From the NCBI GenBank assembly GCA_020027245.1, contig JAHRAN010000066.1, positions 6,994 to 30,993 on the forward strand: 24,000 nt of DNA, read 5' to 3'. The DNA comes from Myxococcota bacterium. GTDB taxonomy: Bacteria > Myxococcota_A > UBA9160 > UBA6930. The notes beneath the pieces are model-generated. The model was not told where the DNA came from. It did no database searches and was given only the letters and a program-made list of their open reading frames with translations. Position 1 is the first letter of the stretch. Every line of letters begins with the position of its first letter. Of the stretch, positions 18,775-24,000 are shown in pieces. A program made the translations under genes and the position numbers.

Positions 18775-19685
18775 AGCCGCTCGCGCCCGGGGACATTCCG
18801 ACGCCGGCGGTGTTCGAAGCGGCGCGCAGGGAATTGCGCGCGCGCATCATCGCGCACAAGGCGCAGCGCCGGGTCGCCATCGGCGAGAATGTGACGCTGC
18901 TCTTCGAGGACCGCGAAACGCTGCGCTGGCAGGTGCTCGAAATGCGCCGCGCCGAGGGCGCGCACAGCGCTTCGAGCCTGCAACACGAGCTCGATGTGTA
19001 CAACGAGTTGATGCCCGGTGAGCGCGAGCTTTCCGCCACGCTGTTCATCGAGATCACCGAGCTCGCAAACATCCGCCCCGAACTCGACCGGCTGGTCGGT
19101 CTCGACGAGCATGTACAGATGCGCATCGGCGAGAGCGCGTTGCGGGCGCGCTTCGACGAGAAGCAACTCGAAGCGGACAGGCTTTCCGCCGTGCAGTACA
19201 TCCGCTTTTCACTCGATGCGGCGCAGGTGCGCGCATTCGGCGACCCGGATATTCCCGCGACGCTGGCCACCACGCACCCCGCCTATCGGAACGAGGCCAC
19301 GCTGACGAGCGAGCTGCGCGCGGCGCTGGCGCGCGACTTCGAAGGCGGCTGCAGTCCGTTGCTGGATTTTGCGAAATTCGCGCCGGTGACACAGGAAATG
19401 CGGTCGCAGGAATTGTTGCGGGCTGCAGAAGCCAACGCAATGGAAGCGCGACGCCTGTTCGACATCGCGCCGGATTCTGTTGAAGACAAAGCATTCGAAC
19501 TGATGAACGCGGTCGTCAACGCGGAAGCACAGGCGCGCGCTTTTAACGCGCGCGCGCGGCGCGCGGCGCGGCTCAAAAAAGACCCAAAAAGCGCGGCGCA
19601 TTTCGAAGCGTCCGCAACCGAACACATCAACGCTGGCGCCGCCCGGCTCGCAGAACTCGGCGAACTTTGCGAGCGCAGCGACTAG
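18771..19685 (+). CDS. Uncharacterised protein, N-terminal ~190 aa DUF3501-like, plus ~110-aa helical C-terminal extension
   Basis: 304-aa ORF, translationally coupled to the Fe-S protein gene, with normal (not shadow-frame) amino-acid composition. The N-terminal part (…RRVAIGENVTLLFEDRETLRWQVLEMRRAEG…ELDVYNELMPGERELSATLFIEI…) resembles, from memory, the DUF3501 family that is usually encoded next to HdrD/GlpC-like proteins. This assignment needs an HMM check. Confidence 0.6.
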   Translation: MKPLAPGDIPTPAVFEAARRELRARIIAHKAQRRVAIGENVTLLFEDRETLRWQVLEMRRAEGAHSASSLQHELDVYNELMPGERELSATLFIEITELANIRPELDRLVGLDEHVQMRIGESALRARFDEKQLEADRLSAVQYIRFSLDAAQVRAFGDPDIPATLATTHPAYRNEATLTSELRAALARDFEGGCSPLLDFAKFAPVTQEMRSQELLRAAEANAMEARRLFDIAPDSVEDKAFELMNAVVNAEAQARAFNARARRAARLKKDPKSAAHFEASATEHINAGAARLAELGELCERSD

Positions 19686-19708
19686 CGCGCATTTGGGGGT
19701 GACTCCAG

Positions 19709-21004
19709 ATGAGCTCTCGAACTTTCACCCTCGCCAGCGGCTCTCCCCGTCGGCGCGCCCTGCTCGCTGCGGCCGGCTTGCGCTTTCACTGCAAGCCCGC
19801 GCAACTCGACGAAAGCGCGCAGCCGGGAGAGCAACCGGACGCGCTGGTAACCCGGCTCGCCCTCGCCAAAGCGAAGCGGGTGGCGCGCGAAAAGCTTGAT
19901 CATGGCCTGCTGCTTGGCGCGGACACCATCGTCGTGTTGAACGGCAAAATCCTCGGCAAACCACGCGACGCCGCGCACGCGCTCGCCATGTTGACGCGGC
20001 TCTCGGGCTGCACGCACGAAGTACGGACCGGCGTTGCGCTGCTCGACGCAGCGAGCGGACGCGCCGAGACGGTTTGCGTCACAAGCCGTGTGACATTCCG
20101 CCGGGCTTCCGAGAATGTGTTGCGCGCCTACATCGCAACGGGTGAGCCCTTCGACAAAGCGGGCGCGTATGCGCTGCAGGGCGAGGGTGCGCGCTTCATC
20201 GAGCGCGTCAAGGGCAGCCACAGCAACGTGATCGGGCTGCCGATGGACGAAACCCTGGCGCTGCTCGCGCGCGCGGGCGTGGTTCAGCCCGCCACGCAGC
20301 GGGACATCGGCGCGCGGCTGGGTGAAGTGCGAGAGCGCATCGCCGCCGCCGCCGGGCGTGCAGGGCGCAGTGCGGAGGACATCACGCTGCTGGGCGTCGG
20401 CAAACAGCAACCGGCCGAGGCCGTGGCGGCCGCAGTGCGGGCCGGGGTCACCTGCGTGGGCGAGAACTACGCGCAGGAGTTGCGCGACAAAGCGCCGGCC
20501 GTCAGCGAGTTGCTCGCAGGCACGGGCCTTGAAGCGCCGCGCTGGCACTTCATCGGCCAGTTGCAGCGCAACAAGGCGCGGCTGGTGGCGCCGATTGCAA
20601 ACTGCGTCGAGAGCGTTGACCGCGAGAGCCTGGCGCGCGAACTCGACACCCGCGCGCGCGCCGCCGGGCGAAAGCTCGATGTGCTGCTTCAGGTGAAACT
20701 CGACGACGAAGCACAACGGAAAGGCGGCGCGACGCCGGACGAGTTGCCCGCGCTCTGCGACAGCATCCACCGCCTCGACCATCTGAACCTGCGCGGGTTG
20801 ATGACGGTGCCGCCCGCCGACGGCGGCGGCGAGTCAACGCGCCGTGCATTTGCGCGGCTGCGCGAGTTGCGCGATGAACTCGGCGGGTCAAAAGAGCTGC
20901 CCGAACTCTCGATGGGTATGTCTTCGGACTTCGAGGTGGCAATCGAGGAAGGAGCCAGCATCATCCGCATCGGCACCGCAATCTTCGGGCCACGGAGAAA
21001 GTAA
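19709..21004 (+). CDS. Fusion protein: Maf-family nucleoside-triphosphate pyrophosphatase (N-terminal) + YggS/PLPBP-family PLP-binding protein (C-terminal)
   Basis: A single uninterrupted 431-aa ORF. Residues ~5-190 are Maf: LASGSPRRRALL, GADTIVVLNGKILGKPRD, FDKAGAYALQGEG, SNVIGLPMDE. Residues ~198-431 are YggS: ITLLGVGKQQP with the PLP-Lys position, VGENYAQEL, WHFIGQLQRNK, LRGLMTVPP, LSMGMSSDFEVAIEEGASIIRIGTAIFG. The stop overlaps the proC start (TAATG). Confidence 0.85.
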   Translation: MSSRTFTLASGSPRRRALLAAAGLRFHCKPAQLDESAQPGEQPDALVTRLALAKAKRVAREKLDHGLLLGADTIVVLNGKILGKPRDAAHALAMLTRLSGCTHEVRTGVALLDAASGRAETVCVTSRVTFRRASENVLRAYIATGEPFDKAGAYALQGEGARFIERVKGSHSNVIGLPMDETLALLARAGVVQPATQRDIGARLGEVRERIAAAAGRAGRSAEDITLLGVGKQQPAEAVAAAVRAGVTCVGENYAQELRDKAPAVSELLAGTGLEAPRWHFIGQLQRNKARLVAPIANCVESVDRESLARELDTRARAAGRKLDVLLQVKLDDEAQRKGGATPDELPALCDSIHRLDHLNLRGLMTVPPADGGGESTRRAFARLRELRDELGGSKELPELSMGMSSDFEVAIEEGASIIRIGTAIFGPRRK

Positions 21005-21837
21005 TGGCTGCGGCATTGGCCAGAACCCGGATTGGCATCATCGGCGCGGGCGCGATGGGCGGCGCGCTGATCGGCGGAATGCTGGCCAAGGGCGTTCCGA
21101 AGAAACACCTGCGCGCCTCGGACCCGGATGCGGAGCGCCGCCGCCGGCTCGAAGCGCAGTTCGGCGTCGCCGTTCACGAGGGCAACGCCGCGCTGGTGAA
21201 CGCGAGCGACCTGGTCATCCTCGCCGTGAAGCCGAACCGTGTTGACCTGGTGCTCAGCGAACTTGCCACTGGCTGCGAAAAACTCGGCGCGCCGCTCTGG
21301 GTGTCCATCGCCGCCGGCGTGAGCCTCGCCCAACTGGCCGAGGGGCTGCCCGCGGGCGCGCGCATCGTGCGGGCGATGCCGAACACGCCAGCGCTGGTGG
21401 GCGCTGGCGCCGCGGCCTTCGTCGCCAACCCGGCCTGCGCGACAGTGGACCGCGAGCGCTGCCGCGCGCTCTTCGAGTGCGTCGGCGTCGTCTGGGAGGC
21501 GCCCGACGAAGCCCTGCTCGACGCGGTCACCGGCCTCTCCGGCAGCGGCCCCGCTTACCTGTTCCTGTTGCTCGAAGCGCTGATCGAAGCGGGCGAGGCG
21601 CAGGGCATCCCGGCAGACGCCAGCAAACTACTCGCCACGCAGACCGTCTTCGGCGCCGCCAAACTCGCCAGCGAGAGCGACCAGAGCGCCGCCGCGTTGC
21701 GCAAACAGGTGAGCTCCCCCGGCGGCACCACCCTGGCCGGCCTCGAACGCCTGACCACCGCCGGCTTCCGCGAAGCGCTGGCGGCCGCGGTCACCGCCGC
21801 CACAAAGCGCAGCCGCGAGTTGGGAAAGCGCTCGTGA
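21004..21837 (+). CDS. proC: Pyrroline-5-carboxylate reductase
   Basis: 277 aa. Rossmann N-terminus IGIIGAGAMGGALIGG, AVKPN, MPNTPALVG, and the C-terminal dimerisation domain with VSSPGGTTLAGL. The yggS-proC adjacency is a widely conserved arrangement. Confidence 0.93.
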   Translation: MAAALARTRIGIIGAGAMGGALIGGMLAKGVPKKHLRASDPDAERRRRLEAQFGVAVHEGNAALVNASDLVILAVKPNRVDLVLSELATGCEKLGAPLWVSIAAGVSLAQLAEGLPAGARIVRAMPNTPALVGAGAAAFVANPACATVDRERCRALFECVGVVWEAPDEALLDAVTGLSGSGPAYLFLLLEALIEAGEAQGIPADASKLLATQTVFGAAKLASESDQSAAALRKQVSSPGGTTLAGLERLTTAGFREALAAAVTAATKRSRELGKRS

Positions 21838-21852
21838 ATCGCTTTTGCGAAA

Positions 21853-22155
21853 TTAATACCGATCCACCGGGACCAGACACTGGTATTCGATGGTCACCGT
21901 TTTCACGCCGTCCTCTTCTTTGATCACCTTGCCGCCAAAGGCCTCGGCGCCGGCATAGCCCCAGCCGCGACAGCGAACGCTTGCGCGTGCGTCCATGGCG
22001 GCTTCGTCAACTCTGGGGAATTGAAAAGTCCGGTACTGATACGACATCGTGATGGTTCCATCGGAGCGGCTTCCACCGGTGGCCTGCGGCTTCACTCGGA
22101 CTGCACAGCCGACGAGCACCAATGCGAAAGCCAATAAAGCAACGACTCTGAACAC
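21853..22155 (-). CDS. Small lipoprotein (about 100 aa; possibly YecR-like)
   Basis: GTG start at 22155, preceded by AGGGAGAAAGG 6 nt upstream. The signal peptide plus lipobox is VFRVVALLAFALVLVGC. The mature part contains conserved-looking Cys residues and WGYAGAEAFGG...TIEYQC. The track ORF (to 22317) runs through two tRNA genes and is rejected. The family name is a tentative recollection. Confidence 0.55.
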   Translation of the reverse strand: MFRVVALLAFALVLVGCAVRVKPQATGGSRSDGTITMSYQYRTFQFPRVDEAAMDARASVRCRGWGYAGAEAFGGKVIKEEDGVKTVTIEYQCLVPVDRY

Positions 22156-22186
22156 TTGTAACCTTTCTCCCTCTCTCCGCCGGTGC

Positions 22187-22263
22187 TGGCGACCCCGGTA
22201 GGATTCGAACCTACGACCTCCTGCTCCGGAGGCAGGCGCTCTATCCATCTGAGCTACGGGGTC
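22187..22263 (-). tRNA. tRNA-Arg (anticodon CCG), CCA encoded
   Basis: The reverse complement GACCCCGTAGCTCAGATGGATAGAGCGCCTGCCTCCGGAGCAGGAGGTCGTAGGTTCGAATCCTACCGGGGTCGCCA folds as a cloverleaf. Acceptor GACCCCG/CGGGGTC, D arm GCTC/GAGC, anticodon stem CCTGC/GCAGG with loop CTCCGGA, and T arm GTAGG/CCTAC. Confidence 0.92.
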
Positions 22264-22269
22264 CAAGAG

Positions 22270-22345
22270 TGGTGGGGCGTACTGGACTTGAACCAGTGGC
22301 CTCCGCGGTGTGAACACGGCGCTCTGCCAACTGAGCTAACGCCCC
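22270..22345 (-). tRNA. tRNA-Val (anticodon CAC), CCA encoded
   Basis: The reverse complement GGGGCGTTAGCTCAGTTGGCAGAGCGCCGTGTTCACACCGCGGAGGCCACTGGTTCAAGTCCAGTACGCCCCACCA folds as a cloverleaf. Acceptor GGGGCGT/ACGCCCC, anticodon stem CCGTG/CGCGG (one G-U) with loop TTCACAC, T arm ACTGG/CCAGT, and A73. It is separated by 6 nt from tRNA-Arg. Confidence 0.92.
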
Positions 22346-22395
22346 CGTGTGCGGCTTAAAGTCTAGGAAATGCAGCCCCGTTGCGCAGCGTCCCT

Positions 22396-24000
22396 TCAGC
22401 GCGCGCTGGCGCGGTCGAGCGCGGCGCCGATGAAGGCCGTGAAGAGGGGGTGCGGGCGGAAGGGGGTGGAGTTGAACTCCGGGTGAAACTGCGTGGCCAG
22501 AAACCAGGGGTGGTCTTCGAGTTCGATGATCTCGACCAGCCGCCCGTCCGGTGAGATGCCCGAGAGCATCAGCCCCGCCGCCTCGAGTTCACTGCAGTAC
22601 GCGGGGTTGAACTCGAGGCGGTGGCGGTGGCGCTCGCTGATTTCCCGGCAGCCGTAGATCGCGTGCGCGCGGCTGCCTTCGCGCAGCACACAGGGCCAGG
22701 CGCCAAGCCGCATCGAAGCGCCCTTCTCCTCGACCTGTTCCTGCTCGGGCAGAAGGGCGATCACCGGGCGCGCGCAGTCCGGGTCCACCTCGGTGGAGCT
22801 CGCGTTCTCGAGCCCGGCGACATTGCGCGCGAACTCGACCACGGCCATCTGCATGCCGTAGCAGATGCCAAAGTAGGGGATGCTCTGATCGCGGGCGAAG
22901 CGCACCGCGCCGATCTTTCCCTCTGCGCCACGCCCGCCAAAACCGTGGGGCACCAGAATGCCGTCCATGTCCGCAAGCTCCGTCGGGTCATCGAGCTTCT
23001 CGCTGTCGAGATACTCGATCTCGACCCGGGCCTGGTGCGCGATGCCGCCGTGGTGCAGCGCCTCGTTCAAACTCTTGTAGCTGTCCGAGAGATCCACATA
23101 CTTGCCGACCATGGCGATGCGCGCGACGCCCTGCGGGTTGCGCACCGCCTGCATCACCCGCTGCCAGGGTTCGAGCCGCGGCTCGCCGGTCCAGATGCCG
23201 AGCACGCGGGTGATCTTCTCGTCGAGACCCTCGTCGTGGAACAGCAGCGGCAGTTCGTAGATGTGCTCCACATCGCGCGCGGCGATCACCGCCCTGGCGT
23301 CCACGTTGCAAAACAGCGCGATCTTCTCCTTCAGCGCCTGCGGGATGTCGCGGTCCGTCCGGCACAGCAGCACATTCGGCGCGATGCCCACCGACTGAAG
23401 CTCCTTCACCGAGTGCTGCAGCGGCTTGGTCTTCAACTCGCCCGCGCTGGCGATGAAAGGCAGCAGCGCCAGATGCACATAGCAGACATTCTCGCGCCCG
23501 ATGTCGCTGCTGAACTGCCGCACCGCCTCCAGAAAGGGCAGAGATTCAATGTCACCGACGGTGCCGCCGACCTCGCAGATCAAAAGATCGGCGCCCTCGG
23601 CGGCGCGGTGGATGCGCGCCTTGATCTCGTTGGTGATGTGCGGGATCACCTGAATCGTTTCGCCCAGGTAATCGCCGCGCCGCTCCTTGCCGATCACCTC
23701 GTGGTACACGCTGCCAGCGGTCACATTGTTGACCTGCCCCATCCGGGTGTGCGTGTAGCGCTCGTAGTGACCGAGGTCGAGATCGGTCTCGGCGCCGTCG
23801 TCGGTCACATAGACCTCGCCGTGCTGCACCGGGTTCATGGTTCCCGGATCCACATTCAGGTAGGGGTCGAGTTTCAGGAAGGTGACGCAGAGGCCCCGCG
23901 ATTCGAGCAGCGCGCCGATGGATGCGGAGGAGAGCCCCTTGCCGAGGCCCGACAGCACCCCGCCGGTGACGAAGATGAATTTGCCGGGGCGCGCGCTCAT
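22396..24000 (-). CDS. pyrG: CTP synthase
   Basis: 534 aa, with the start codon exactly at the window edge (CAT at 23998-24000). Motifs: [31 protein letters not shown], glutamine amidotransferase GICYGMQ, and HRHRLEFN. Confidence 0.97.
   Translation of the reverse strand: MSARPGKFIFVTGGVLSGLGKGLSSASIGALLESRGLCVTFLKLDPYLNVDPGTMNPVQHGEVYVTDDGAETDLDLGHYERYTHTRMGQVNNVTAGSVYHEVIGKERRGDYLGETIQVIPHITNEIKARIHRAAEGADLLICEVGGTVGDIESLPFLEAVRQFSSDIGRENVCYVHLALLPFIASAGELKTKPLQHSVKELQSVGIAPNVLLCRTDRDIPQALKEKIALFCNVDARAVIAARDVEHIYELPLLFHDEGLDEKITRVLGIWTGEPRLEPWQRVMQAVRNPQGVARIAMVGKYVDLSDSYKSLNEALHHGGIAHQARVEIEYLDSEKLDDPTELADMDGILVPHGFGGRGAEGKIGAVRFARDQSIPYFGICYGMQMAVVEFARNVAGLENASSTEVDPDCARPVIALLPEQEQVEEKGASMRLGAWPCVLREGSRAHAIYGCREISERHRHRLEFNPAYCSELEAAGLMLSGISPDGRLVEIIELEDHPWFLATQFHPEFNSTPFRPHPLFTAFIGAALDRASAR

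Noticed and set aside
21838-21852. Bidirectional terminator between convergent proC and the lipoprotein gene (TCGC-tttt-GCGA).
   Set aside because: The stem is only 4 bp, too weak to call. The genes are 15 nt apart, so termination signals may lie within the coding regions.

Overview
All calls below come from reading the sequence and the supplied ORF track; no database searches were run. This is a GC-rich (about two-thirds G+C by eye, not computed), very densely coding chromosomal segment from a Gram-negative (diderm) bacterium. Lipobox lipoproteins, a beta-barrel OMP ending in Phe and a SahR-type regulator would fit a high-GC deltaproteobacterium or myxobacterium-like lineage, but taxonomy cannot be fixed from this window.

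I call 21 CDS (one truncated at the 5' edge), 3 tRNAs, two 39-bp tandem-repeat arrays and a few hairpin or promoter candidates.

Layout:
- Plus strand: gap' - pgk - tpiA - secG - tRNA-Leu(GAG).
- Minus strand: DsbA-like oxidoreductase, flavin reductase, beta-barrel OMP, then a tight dnaK - lon - coiled-coil OmpA-domain lipoprotein unit.
- Plus strand: sahR-like ArsR/methyltransferase regulator translationally coupled to metH, repeat array A, HAD hydrolase, repeat array B, MBL-fold hydrolase, rubrerythrin-like protein, HdrD/GlpC-type Fe-S protein, DUF3501-like protein, Maf-YggS fusion, proC.
- Minus strand: small lipoprotein, tRNA-Arg(CCG), tRNA-Val(CAC), pyrG.

I found no transposase, integrase, phage gene, CRISPR/cas, toxin-antitoxin or recognised defence gene, so this is core-genome context rather than an accessory island.

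The best candidate for an undescribed system is the three-gene redox module at 16962-19685 (rubredoxin-less rubrerythrin + CCG-domain Fe-S protein + DUF3501-like protein with an extra C-terminal domain). Other unusual items:
- An in-frame Maf-YggS fusion.
- Two phased 39-bp repeat arrays bracketing the HAD gene, whose units show compensatory base changes.
- A dnaK-lon-lipoprotein arrangement with overlapping or near-abutting genes.

Most long ORFs in the track that lie antisense to these genes are GC-rich shadow frames and are rejected.
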